Positions 49,867-63,505 of a stretch of DNA of 64,000 nt are shown piece by piece. The stretch comes from Strigamia acuminata (Eukaryota), in contig OX442314.1 in assembly GCA_949358305.1 (NCBI GenBank), forward strand, positions 18,662,001 through 18,726,000, given 5' to 3'. A model generated the notes under the pieces. It was not told the DNA's origin. It ran no database searches and saw nothing but the letters and a program-made list of their open reading frames with translations. Each line of letters opens with the position of its first letter. Position 1 is the first letter of the stretch. The position numbers and the translations under genes were made by a program.

Positions 49867-52800
49867 TCAATTATTCTTTAACTTGTTAAAGAATTTGTTT
49901 TTGCTGTAAAACAAGTTTATTTTTGTTTTCAAACTTTGTGATTTGACTTCGAGAACCGCTTGCTTTTGTAAAATCAGCTCATTTTTGTGCTTCAATTTGT
50001 TTATTTCGTCAGTTAGTTTTTTCACTGTGTACACTGAAAAATTACCGGTAAGAATTTTAATAATAATATTTTTTACACTTACAGATGGAGTTAAAATACC
50101 TCCTGAGTAAATCGTATCAGTCACTTCAAAAATTCCTTCAAAGGCTTTCTTCAGCCTATTATATTCGGTGTGTTTTAAAACCCCAATACTGGTATTCACA
50201 GAAATATTAATAGTCGTCGTATCTAATAATCTTTTTTGTGGAGTGGCTGCATTAATTTTACTTAATTCTCCAGCCACGTCTTGTAAGATCAACTCAGTTG
50301 TTCTCATATCATACATCTTCTTTCGTAAATCTTAAAAACAAATTTGTTAATTAACTATTATGTACCAAAATTGTTACGGTGTATTATTTGCTGAGTTTTA
50401 AACTGCTGACTCGTTGCCTACATTTCAGCAGCATGGCATTTAATTCAAACTCGTCTTGAATTTGGTGAATAAATTTACGAATTAATAAATCCATTTTGTA
50501 CTCAATCTCTAAAATTGTTGCTCTAATAGATGCAACATCTCCATCATAATTATAAATATGAAAATTATCATTTCCAAAACGCGAATTCATAATTTGTTTT
50601 CCATGTAATACAGACGGTTATAATTCACTATAAAAATGGAGAAAAAATTTTTGAAAATAATAAAAATAATTTTTCTTCATATCCGATATTTACTTTATCA
50701 AAACTTCTTTCAGTTTAATAAAATTAACCAAAAGTTTCTTAAAAACCACGGTAGATTTCTGCAAAATTAAGATAAACTTATTGCCTACTCAAAATAATTA
50801 CATTTAATCCATCATACTTTTTTATCAAAAAGCAAATCCTTTTGTTTATTTAGTTTTATAATTATCAATCTTAACGAAGATTGAATGTTCATCAATCGGC
50901 ACTTACATTGATCAATGCATTCCAGCTTTGTTCTAAAATATTGAGGCAAAAAGCAAAATTACCATAAACGCATTTTTATATAAAAATACCAACATTCTTC
51001 CCTTACCGGTATTTATTAGCTAACCCTAACGTTGTATTTGCTAATAACAGTTCGTTACTAAATGCCTCTAACCCATGTCTTCTCTCCACAACAGCTATTT
51101 AAAATAAATTCTAAAGTTGTTAACTATGGACTTAAACGATAACACTTGCCATTTAATGTTGTAAACGAATTGCTTAATGCCGTTAACGAAGTGTTTATCA
51201 ACTTCTTTATTTGCGAACAATCCTCATCAATTATTTTTAAACCGTGTCTGACCTAAAAACAAGAGCCACTCTCACGAGTAACAAATCGCTATTTTAGTCT
51301 GTTTAAAGGTCATGGGAAGAGAAAAATAAAAATTGAGGAGAAGATTGTTTGTGTCATTATTAGACCAAATCCATTGTTGAAACGTGTTCAATTGTTTCGA
51401 GAGTGTTATATCGTTCGTTTAAACATTTGAAAATTCTCAAATGTCCTCCATTTTTAGTTTTCGAAAGTTTCCAAAAGTTGCCGTTGGTGGCGCTATTTAT
51501 GACGTCATCGGCGACAAACAAGCAGCTTTTTAGCATGGGCTTGGCTTCATTTAAGAGCTACGAAAATTTAGTATTAGTTCTTTTGAACCTATACACTTGC
51601 AACAAATAGCAAATTGGAATATTTACTGAATATTAAAATCCCAATAACCTAACAGTGTTGTCAAATTTGGAAAAAAATTTTCGTAGCTCTTAAATGAAGC
51701 CAAGCCCATGCTAAAAAGCTGCTTGTTTGTCGCCGATGACGTCATAAATAGCGCCACCAACGGCAACTTTTGGAAACTTTCGAAAACTAAAAATGAAGGA
51801 CATTTGAGAATTTTCAAACGTTTAAACGAACGATATAACACTCTCGAAACAATTGAACACGTTTCAACAATGGATTTGGTCTAATAATGACACAAACAAT
51901 CTTCTCCTCAATTTTTATTTTTCTCTTCCCATGACCTTTAAAACATTTTACCGAATTCAACCGTCTCGGTGTCGGTACTCTCACAGCCACTGGCAAATTT
52001 TTAAACTCATTGAGCACGGGTAAAAGATGTTGAACGCAATCTGTAATAGCACCTACAAAACATATGTTTGAGCAGAGCAGTTATACCAAAAAATCTAACC
52101 TGAAAACTTGCATCCTTACTTTCGCCATAAATTGCTACATTCTCTAACGTGTAATACAGCTGAAATTAAAGTTTGAATCAATTACAAATAAACAGTTTGA
52201 CGAAAGCACTTTTCCTTACAAAGTGTTCAAAATGTTTTTCATTGGGTATGTAATCCCCATGAAACGTTTCAAACTTCTGAAATCGCAATCGAATTGCACT
52301 GGCTTCAAACCATTCCTTTATTCAAAATTTGTATTTAAAAAATAAATTAACACATAAGCTAATATGTACCATACTTACAGGTGAATCGATCTCGCTACAA
52401 AATGGAACTCGCGGATCAGGATCACTCAATAAAATTATAATCTAAAGTAAAAAATATATAAGCAATGTATATACTCAAAATAAAATGATATACAAAGAAA
52501 TGTTAAACTATTAGTAAGAGTATTACCTCTTTTTCGCTGTTCAATGATGACATCTTGTGAGAGCAGTATAATCTTTTTTGTCGCTGCTTTATATTAAAAT
52601 TCATACAAAATGTTTTATCCCCAAAAACTCGCCACGGAGTGAAGTTCTCATTGTCCACGGATCTTTCCAAAGTCCATTGACGAGCAATGCGAGCAGGCCC
52701 CACTTGAATCATAATTGCCAAAACATAGAATTTCTAAACAAGAGGAAACAATAAACACTTGAATTCCAAGATGTGTTCTCTTGAATCCAAAAATAGTCAA

Positions 52801-53193
52801 ATACACACATGTGGTAAGAAGATAGTGACGTTTACTTCACTAATATTGTTAGCTGACTGCCACCAATCTTTCTTCCCACTAACAATATTTTTTATTGTGT
52901 GTTTGTAAGCCGTACACTCGTAGCATTTCGTCGCCTAAAATCACATATTAAAAAATGTGCCCCAACACCCGAATATTGCACTAAATTTATCGCTTTTTAA
53001 TTAAATTGCTTACAATTGCTTGCAGTCGTCCGAGACCAGGTGGTGGCGGGGAATGGAGAAGGCATGATATCTCGGGCGGTGAGCCGCAAGTAGAAGTAGC
53101 CCATAGACTACTTGGCCGAATAAAATGTCCCGGCACAATTGTTGCGGAACATGCGGTAAAGAAAAAAAATAGAATCAATACCCGACTCAGCAT
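49867..53193 (-). CDS. Secreted laminin N-terminal (LN) domain protein with C-terminal laminin-alpha-like coiled coil
   Basis: Signal peptide MLSRVLILFFFFTACSA; LN motifs ATSTCGSPPE, CYEC, DWWQS..VNVTI, WTLERSVDNENFTPW, ASAIRLRF, LYYTLENVAIYG; then DCVQHLLPVL..PTPRRL and heptad-like exons. Boundaries in 50600-50860 are uncertain. Confidence 0.75.
51307..51937. mobile_element. 631-bp foldback MITE, Kolobok/T2-like
   Basis: 263-bp inverted arms (51307-51569 and 51675-51937, 2 mismatches seen), 105-bp spacer, AGG...CCT termini, TTAA TSD at 51303-51306 and 51938-51941. Confidence 0.92.
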
Positions 53194-55776
53194 TGTTCCT
53201 AATAATAACAACACGATACTCTTGGGTGGACTCCTGTTACTAGACGTAGCAAATTAAATTTCTAAATGTGAAAAACGAAACGAGAGACAAATTTGTTCTC
53301 CGAGCAATTCAACATTTGTCCTTCCGTACGCAAGTTAAGTATTTTACAGTTATTTGCACATTTGTTTGCCCTTTCCACCAATCTCTATGGAGACAATCCA
53401 AAACTAAATTTACATATTTTATTAAAAGAAAAATTTGAATTGCATTTCCGCTTTTGCAAAGCAGAATCTGTTCCGAGAATTTTCAGTTTTTTAAGAAATA
53501 TAAAAAAAAAATGGGGGGAAATAGAAATTTCCCATCGTTAAAACATGTTATGAAATTTCGACTTTAAATTACCGTTACAAAGACCCTCGTGCGCACCCCT
53601 GATTGGCCTTGTTTTCTTTTTATTTTAATTAACTGCACCTAGAATTGAGAAGCCGGAAACCCATCAGAGTTCCGACGTACGCGTATACAACAGATGCGAC
53701 GTGCAACTCAACCAATCACCAAGCCTTTCGCAACGGCACAAAAATTAGTTTATTTAGATTACACAAGTTTCACTTCATCTCTATCCTCACACGCAGCAAC
53801 TTGACCTAATAAACTATCTCGTCCAAAATTCATTTTTCCACGATGTTAAAAAATTACTGGTAATTTTGTTTTCAAATAACCATTTTTTTCTGTCATAAAA
53901 ATATAATAAAACAAATAAAACAAAACTCATTTCCTGCGAAGCCAAATGTAAGATTGGATTTTCTAATCATAATGAAAATAAATAATGATAAATTTTTGAA
54001 AGGGTCGAGAGACGTGCAATACTAACTCCTCATCAAATGATCACCTCGAGAAGTCACTTTAGTTTCCACACATTTAACTATTTATTCTCATGATTTATTT
54101 CACACTTTTTAGCTGTATTAAGTATAGGAAAATAAACTATCTTGCTTCAATAACCTGTTTATATGGATTTCCTTCCATAAACTATACACAAATAATAAAA
54201 AGCAAGTTGTTTAACATGTGTAATCGTAGTAAAATAGTAATCACAAAGGAAGGTAGTGAGAGTTACCATGACGTGGGATCTGCTCCTTCATGCTTTCAAG
54301 AATTTAATTTTTTACATGTAAAAAAAAGTTTCCTGTTTTTTTTGTCACTTCGCCCACTCACCTTAATTTTGGAGCATCATTACATAAAAAAAAATATATA
54401 CATAAAAACTTCTTTATAAGTGCTTGTAAATGCAAAAAAGCAAATCATCAATAATAAATCATCAAGAGTTTGTTCAATCGGAAAAACCATTCGACGCGAA
54501 TCAGGTGAGTGTTTCCGGTTGCAAAAGAATTAATGTCGTCTTTGGGTTTTGAAACAATTTTTTTTCTTAATTTCATAAAATTCATACAGTGTTTACGCTT
54601 AAAGGTGACTAAGCAAGTTCTGATGACGACATCGCAGAATCTTAACCGGTAAAAAAAATACGCGCCATCTGCGGAGAAATTCAATGCAATTTAGTTTAGA
54701 GAATACAAGAATTTACGAGTTAAGAAAACAAATACAAGTTTGAAATCCTTCAAATCCAGCTTCTAAATTCTTTTTTAGAAAAACTTAGCATATGTCGTAA
54801 ATCATTTAATTATGTCGTTTAGACATTTACATTTATACGATAATAAATATACAAAAATGCAAATACAATAGAATATGAATATTATAATATTAAGAAATAG
54901 CCATGCATTTTCCTTTTCATAAAATTTCCCCTTTTTAAATTGTTTAATAATGATACTAATAACTTTCCTCGATCGATCAATCAATCAATTAATGAATTTC
55001 TAAAAACGTCTCAATTCGTGTTTATTTTATGAAAATTTCTTAAAATCGTTTAATGTTTGTTTACTTTTCTTTGTTTTTAAATCCATAATATTTCTGAGTA
55101 AACATTTAAAATAAATATATAAAAAACAATATAGCATGATCATTTTTCAATAATCAAAACTCGTAATTCCTATTTCCCTCTCGGTTCACCAAAATTTTTA
55201 TTACCATTGATCAATCTAATTGGCACTTCTTTAATCTTTCCTTCATCTTACCGCTGCAAGCGAGAAATCAATTTCCAGCGTCATGTTCATTTTCTAATCA
55301 AACGCACACATTTCGATCATGTAAACCGTATATGGTATCGTGTACAACTAAAAATATCACTAAATCCCGGTAATAAATTAAAATTATATCAATTATTTCT
55401 TAAGAAAATCTTTCTAAAAAGTCTAATTAACAGCATTTATTTGCGAAACAGCATTTATAATGCTAATGTTCATTAAAATGTCATTTTAAAATACATTAAT
55501 AAATCTAATTAATAACAATACAAAAATTTTAAAACAATCCGCATAGTAACAAACTTAAAAGCAAATCAACAAAATTAAAGAAAAAATTGTATTAAAAAAT
55601 AATTGACAAGTTTTGAGTTTATCACGTAGCAACCTGCTGCCTACCTTTCATCATAATTCAAGCATTAAAATGCTTCATAAAATCATATCGTAAAAATAAC
55701 TAAGATTACAAATTTGGATTTGTAGAATAACGTTAAGAAAATACGTATGCCCGTAATTTTGCATCGGAACTCGGAA

Positions 55777-55952
55777 GGGAATTTCCATCCGCCCCCTGCG
55801 CTTGATGGTGCACTGACGTCATGACAATGAGTTCGTGTTTTCCTCCAATTACCTCAGGGCGATCCTGGACGTGATGCGATATAAAGAAACGCAGACCATT
55901 CCAAATCTCACATCAACATCTCAACAATCAACGACACATCGATAATGTGAGT
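55777..55952 (+). promoter_or_regulatory. Probable Tdc promoter and non-coding first exon
   Basis: kB-like GGGAATTTCC 55777-55786, CRE TGACGTCA 55814-55821, TATAAA 55880-55885, GTGAGT donor at 55947; an acceptor ending 58127 lies just before the Tdc ATG. Confidence 0.6.
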
Positions 55953-58154
55953 ACTCTTGACTTATTTATATTTCTTTTTACTTCTCCGCGTCCATGTTTA
56001 TGTGGTAAGATGATAATCATTAAGAATAAACTAGTGAATGTTATTTGATAACTTTTAATCAGTTTTAATTCATATCATGAAAAAAATTACGGGTATTTAG
56101 TATTATCTTCCACGTGATAAATATTATTTTAAATAAGTTTTAGTTTAAAATTCAATTTAAAATTTTTTTTTAAAAAAAAAATTAATTAACAAAAATAGCT
56201 TTAGAAACCGTACAAAGTTAATTAATTAATTTTCCTCTTTTATAAACTATTTCTGAAAAATCGTTTCTTGTTGAGAAATTTGCTTGCAGTGGAAAACCCA
56301 TTTATAAAATCGAATTAATTACAATCCGTTGAAAATTTTAAATATAATTTAAATTTTACATTTAATATCGAAAAATGCAATGATATTAGGTGTAAACTTC
56401 CTTACAAGTTCAGTGTTCTAGGAAAAGAATTTTTTTTTTCCTCGCATCGCAGCCTCATTCACGTTTTCTCTGTTCATCGTTCCAATTTTTTCAAATAAAT
56501 CCTAAATTTATTTATTTTCAAGGTCAATAGTTTATTTACATTCAATAAGAAAAAAATGCGCACTTAATTATCGTGAATTATGGCCCATTTCCATCGCTTC
56601 GAGTGCGAGATTCAACAAGTTCACTCGGCTTGGACTGTAAGCCATGTTTTCATACCGTGGCGAAGCATCGGAATTAAAATTTCAATAAAAATCTTCATTA
56701 AAACTGGTCCAATGTCTAATATAAATACCTCAAATCCAAAGACCAACCAAACATTAAAACTTTTTTTCTGTTATTAATTCCAAGAATTAAGTTCGGGTCA
56801 TTGAAAATCCAAAAAATCATCCGTATTTGGAAAAGGCAAAGATAAACTGCTATGTCGCCCACAGTGTTTGTATTAATCTAGTTTTTCTTTTTCTTACGTG
56901 CACTTCAAAACAAATGTAAAAATGCAAACAAATTTTTGCAAAAAAAAAAATTGAATGTTGAAATCAATTTTCCTAGAACAAAAAAAAATTAAAATACACA
57001 AAAAAAAAATTTGCGGAAACATAAAATATTATTTAATAAGTTTCCACAGGTAGCTTCTACATTACCATTATCTAAATAAATTCCTAATGTACTGAGAGAA
57101 TCCAATGCTCTATTATATTTTATGCCCGGATGTGGATGTAAAGAAGGTCCTACAATAAATAGAAGACATAAATTAAGATATTAAATTTTAATTTAATGAT
57201 TTGATTTAATTTAAAAATGAACTATAGTACCTAATCTTTTGCTACTAACAATCTCTGTCTCTGCGTTAATCCGGGATAAAAACGCAGAGTTTATAAACAA
57301 GATAAATAAAGTAAGTAAATCACTAAATAAGATAAAATAATAATAGTGACTCGTTGGCACTCGAAATTAACTAAATGACGACCGTTTCTTCTCACTCTCG
57401 ATCCGAAAGATTTCGCTTTGCTAACGGAAAAATTTCCGAATACGAATACTACTGCATGAATGGTTTCCTCATTACAACTAACTCCTGAATCTCATGCTGG
57501 CGCTAATCCACTGTTGCTAAGTTTTAGCTCGATACTTGAACGTCACAAAAACAAACTAAAACTTTCACCAAAAATAAATAAATAAAATGATTTTTGGGAT
57601 AACTTCAAAATCATTGAACATCATTACTGACTATTTCCATTCATTTCAATGAGAAAAAAAATCATTTTTAAAATCTTAGCCAATAATCGTGCAACTTCTA
57701 AAAAAAAAATATTTAACTGGTGATGAAATTTTTAGAAAATACTGAAAACTGTTCTTGCGCAATTCCATTTCTACGTCACTGCACGTCCACCTGTAACATA
57801 CATTGTACTGGCTAATTTTTGCCCGGTGAACTTTCCAAAGTAGTTATGGGATAAAAATGGATCAATTATCAATCGTGTGGTAGGCGTTTAGAAGTCTTGT
57901 CACGAGCAGACGGGTCACGTGATGTCAGAGCGTTTTGTTGTGAGATGAATATCTCCATCTGGCACTTGTTTTCAAGTGTGAAACCAAACTCCGTGGTCAC
58001 AATAGAATTGAATTGTCAAAGGAAATGAAAGTGCAAACCGCAGATAGTTGATGTTTACAACGAAATTTAATCGAAAAAAGAGAAGAAAAAATAAATTAAA
58101 AACAAAACTTTTATATTTTATCGACAGATACAACTAGTCAAGTTCTAAACCGAG

Positions 58155-61100
58155 ATGGACACCAAAGAATTCCGAAGACGCGGTCGGGAAATGGTCGACT
58201 ACATTGCCGACTACATGGAGACAATTCACAACAGACGAGTGACTCCAGCAATCGAGCCCGGTTATTTGCGAAAGCTTCTCCCAACTGAACCGCCACAAAA
58301 ACCGGAAAAGTGGGAATCCATCATGGAAGATGTGGAACGCACCATCATGCCAGGGGTAAACAAACAAAATTTGTTTTTAATTCACAATTATTATAAATAT
58401 TTTCATTCATAGGTTACTCATTGGCAACACCCTCGTTTCCACGCATATTTTCCAGCCGGAAATTCTTACCCTTCCATATTAGGCGACATGTTGTCTGATG
58501 CTATTGGCTGCGTGGGCTTTTCATGGGTAAGAGAATTGTTTGTCAATAAAAATTTATTGGAGAATATCAGACCCAAAATTCGGTAAAAAGAAAAAAGAAA
58601 AAACTCAGTTCAAATTCTCGTTCCACCTGTTGCTGAAGTTCCCTTTAAGGCTGCGCTTTCCTTTCACTTCACCGCACGTGTCAATAGCGTGGTTGGTGAG
58701 AGAATTTCGGTTGTGACGTCATGCTCGGTTATTAAAATCCACGCGTCTAAATACAGGGTGCGGAATTTGTGGAATTTAGGGCAGTGTCGGATATTGCGCT
58801 TCCCTGCATAACCCATCAGCATCACAATTCGCACGACAACTTAAAATAAAAAACTTTAGCACGTTTCGTACATTAACAGCCGTTTATATTCGGAAATTAA
58901 TATTTTTGATCGGTTCCCAATTCTCTTAAAATTTCTCTCATCTATTACAACACGACCGTTTATTTTAGAGAAAACATGTTGCTCGAAATTGAATGTTAAG
59001 AAAATCGATATTTGAGCAGTTTCGGATTCATCTCGATTGTAGTATGAGAAGACGGAAGTAATTTAGAGTGTTAATAAGACTTTCAAGTAAAATATCCGAC
59101 CGAATATTACTAACTCAAAGTGTTATGACTTCGCCATCAGACAGTGCACGTATTTAGTTTAATATAAAATCTAGATGGAATGTTCAGCGTTATCAATTAA
59201 TATTTCTTTTATCCCCCCTTAATATGACCTTTCCAGTTTTCTCACGTAATAAGAATTTGCGGAAGGTACTTTCTTCTAATAAGTTTTGACTTTTGACACG
59301 ATATTAAAGCGTCAGAATTTATTTATACATCTCTCTTTATTTGTTTCAAATTTTTACTTTTTTCACAAATTTATGTTGCATAATCAAACTTTCAAATGTT
59401 ACATAACTTAAAAAATAGTGGAAATAGTTGAAAAGATTTATGTCTTCCTGTTACTAAGCGACCGAACCGACCATGGCGTTTGGTATTTATTGATTTACTT
59501 AGAATTTAGACTCGACGCATTCATTTTATATTATGATTTTTCAAAGACAAAATTGGAATAGTTCAATAATTTAATTTAATTTAAATATTATTAAATCTTT
59601 TAAACTTTATATAACTTAAAAAATTCCATTTTTTATAGGCTGCCAGTCCTGCCTGCACTGAACTTGAAACTATTGTACTGGATTGGATGGGAAAAATGAT
59701 CGGTTTACCCGAAGAATTTCTTTCTTTCTCCGAGAAAAGTAAAGGAGGCGGAGTTATCCAGGTAAAAAAATAAATCAAATTAAATTAAATCCATTTCTTC
59801 TAGTTTCGTGACTAACCACAATATCATTTCAGACTTCTGCGAGCGAGTGTGTTTTGGTGAGTCTTTTGGCCGCCAGAGCCCAAGCCATTAAATACTTGAA
59901 AGAACAACATCCATTTGTCGATGAGGGAGTCATGCTCAACAAATTGATGGCTTACTGTTCAAAAGAAGTAACTTTACTCTCTCTTCTCTATTTTTTTCTC
60001 CCTTAAATACTAATTAAACATTATTTCCAGTCTCATTCCTGTGTGGAGAAGGCAGCAACTATTGGGTTTGTCAAGCTCAGGATATTGGACACTGACGACA
60101 AGTGCAGTCTCAGAGGCGAAACTGTGCGTGCTGCTATGGAAGTAAGATTCCCTTTTTGATGTTCCTCTATAGCATGTTCTAAAATATTTTATTTTTATTT
60201 AATTACTCTTCTATAGGAAGACAGAGCCATAGGATTGTTTCCATTCTTCGTGAGTGTAGTTCTTTGCTTGTTTTTGGCAAAATGAAGCGCCAAAATGAGC
60301 AGTTTTCAATTTGTTTTCCATTTTCAGCTTTCAACTACTCTGGGTACAACCTCTTGCTGCTCATTTGACAACTTGGCTGAAATTGGACCAATATGTCAAG
60401 AACTTGGAGTTTGGTTGCATGTAGATGCTGCATATGCTGGAAATGCTTTCGTGTGTCCAGAATTTAAGTACTTAATGACCGGAATTGAGTATGCTAACTC
60501 GTTCAATACCAACCCAAACAAGTGGATGCTGGTCAATTTTGACTGTTCAACAATGTGGTAAGTTAGATCACACTAGCTCATCCAATACATCCATCTAAGT
60601 TTATTTCCAATTAATTACAGGGTCAAAGACAGATTCAAACTCACTCAAGCTTTGGTGGTAGATCCACTTTATCTTCAACACAGTTATTCCGAGAGAGCCA
60701 TTGATTACAGAGTAAGAAAAAATAAAAGATGACTTATTTTCTTTTTACAAATATTAAAAAAAAAAACAATTATTTTAAATTTAGCACTGGGGTATACCAT
60801 TAAGCCGCCGTTTCCGTTCTCTTAAACTGTGGTTTGTTATAAGAAATTACGGAGTTGAAGGACTGCAAAAATATGTCAGAGAGGTAAGTGATTGCTCACA
60901 TAACCATCAAATAGTAGAAAGCGTTTAATAATAACAAATTACGTTATTTATAGCATGTGCGACTTGCTAAACGTTTTGAAAACTACGTGCGCAAAGATCA
61001 ACGTTTCGAGATTATGAATGAGCCGATTTTGGGTCTCGTTTGCTTCCGACTCAAGGTAAAAACAACGGATGAAACCGTCCCACACAGCCGCTCAGTATTT

Positions 61101-61601
61101 CTAACAAATTCCAACAAATTCTAGGGTTCCGATACGATCAATCAAAAGATGTTAACATCTATTAATGCATCTGGTAAGCTGCACATGGTGCCAGCATCCG
61201 TCAACGAGAGATATGTCATTCGATTCTGCGTGTGCGCTCAACACGCGACCAATGACGATATAGATTATGCATGGAAGACCATCACCCAGTTCTCTCAAGA
61301 CGTGGGCGACATAACTGCAATCCGAGAAAACGGCGAGGAATTAACAAAGGTAAAGCAATTCGAAGAAGAGGGTTTCGAAGAAGAAGAAGAAGAGAGTTTC
61401 GAACAGCACATGGCCAAAATCCAACTGCGTAAACTCATGCGAAGCAATTCTGAAGTCGATAAAGATTTTTCAGAGCCTGGCGAATTAGGTTTCGCGTACG
61501 CAGCTTATCAGGCTAGTTGCAAAAATTCAATTCAGATGGCTCCTCAAACTACAATCAGCGACATGGCAAAATCAAAATCAAAAATACCAATAATTGCCTA
61601 A
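58155..61601 (+). CDS. Tdc2: Tyrosine decarboxylase (PLP-dependent aromatic amino acid decarboxylase family)
   Basis: [70 protein letters not shown]-Lys motif NTNPNKW (TDC-type rather than DDC NPHKW), [24 protein letters not shown]. Confidence 0.92.
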
Positions 61602-62443
61602 AACATGCAATGTTTTATCAAACAATACTCTCAATTTTATTTTGATGCATAGACACGCGCACCAAAGAACTTAAAATGATACCTACACTATTTAATAAAC
61701 GGGTAACATTAACAGCTGTGATTGGTATAATTTTATAGTAGACACATTCGTAAAGTCGTGTTTATCTACAGTTAATGTCTTGCGGCTTAAATATGTTGAT
61801 TAAAATACTGTTAATCTAAATGACTTTATGAGCGCGACTACTATCCTAATTAATTTAATATTGTATAGTCATTAAGTACCAAAAAGTTAGTGCCTTTAGA
61901 TCGGTTGATCCATTAATCGTCACAAGCCTTAATTAAGTTATTCTCGAAGTCTATATCAGTGGGAACACAATTAAGATTAACATTCTAAGAGATAATGGGC
62001 AACAAAAACAATACTGTGAGAATAAGCTGCAAGTCGGCATTATATTACCGTATAATAATTTTTATTATTTATTTATTTATTAATTTTATTATGCTTGTAG
62101 TTTATACTATTGTAAAGTATATTTTTATTATTTTGTAAACTAATTACAGTGCTTACTTACTTTTTATAATTTATTAGTGTATTAACAGCTGGTTGTTGAT
62201 CAACTAATATTTTTTTGCACGTTATAACGTATTAATTTGGTTTTTATTGTACATTAGTTTTATTATTTTATTATGGTATTGGTGTATGTGTTCAATTTAA
62301 TTTTAATTCCAATAAATATTTTAATTCCGACCCTTTTAGTTTTATTTTATTTTATTTTTCATTTATTTTTTAATCCCATTATTTTTTAAGTTTTTAATTA
62401 TAACAACGGTTTTGGGTTTAACAACTCATCTAAGCAAACAATA

Positions 62444-63276
62444 GGGGGTTTCATTAATTAAGCAATTTTGTAATTTTGCAACTTTAGCAATTTTGCACTT
62501 TTGGATTTGTCACATGATATAAGTTCCACCAATCATGTGCATAATTGCAAAAACACAAAACAGAAAAAATACACAATCACAAAATCAAAGGTAGATTTGC
62601 TATTTTGGTAAAATGGCAGCAGCCAAACTCAATCCAAGTGGCCATCACAAATTGTGATTAACAATTAGTTGCAAAAACAATCTCATAATTTTGCAATTTT
62701 GCAATTATTTAAATAGTCACATGACTTCCTATCCACCATATTAAGTTTTAGTTATATCCAACAAATTTAAAATGTGATGCAAAATAACTAGTTCTATTTG
62801 TGTGATGGAAAAAATTTTTTTTTAATAAGGTGCATTTTAATAAATATAAGTTTCACAGATTGCACCAGAGTTATTAATTGAGTTTCCTAGCTGTTATACA
62901 GTCATGGATGCATCAGCATATTGATGATATACAAGGATACAAGTTGGCCACTTAGATAGAACTTGGATGCCTCCATTTTGTTTTGAGTTTCACAACCCTC
63001 AAAATCACTTCTTATCAAAATCACAAAAACTACCTTTTAGATGTTTTTGGGATTTTGTGTTTTCACTCTCTTGTACTTTAGTGAATGTGAATGTGATTGG
63101 TAGAACAGATATCACATAGCAATACTAAAAAATCACAAAGTTGTCCTTATCACACAATTGCAAAATTGACTGGGTTAATTCAATGTAATCCCATTTCTGG
63201 AGGCATCAAAAAATAATGCTTTTGTGATTAATGCAAAATCACAAAATTGCAAAATCATTAAAATAATGAAACCCCC
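62444..63276. mobile_element. ~830-bp non-autonomous DNA transposon/MITE
   Basis: Outer inverted repeat AATAGGGGGTTTCATTA (62440-62456) / TAATGAAACCCCCTATT (63264-63280); TA or AT duplication possible; subterminal GCAATTTT/AAAATTGC repeats and degenerate inner inverted segments. Confidence 0.8.
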
Positions 63277-63505
63277 TATTAACGACTACAGTAACTTTTT
63301 TACAACAAAAATGTCCAATTTACGATTAGTCGATAACTTACATCAATAATTCTTTAAAGTTTCATTCACTTTATTTCACTTACGTGCCACGTCCTGGTTC
63401 CCACATTCCCGGACAGTAAAAATTGAAAATAAAGAAAAGTTGGCTTCGAAGATGAATGCCCTTTTTAGTTTTTACATAATCCTTTTTGGCTTTTCCAGTA
63501 GTACA

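Noticed and set aside
51403..51841. Two near-identical 68/72-aa ORFs (MLYRSFK...) on opposite strands
   Set aside because: They are by-products of the MITE's inverted arms, start at GTG and show no protein features
58751..58760. TACAGGGTG Tc1/mariner-like terminus (also at ~4525)
   Set aside because: No matching opposite end was found
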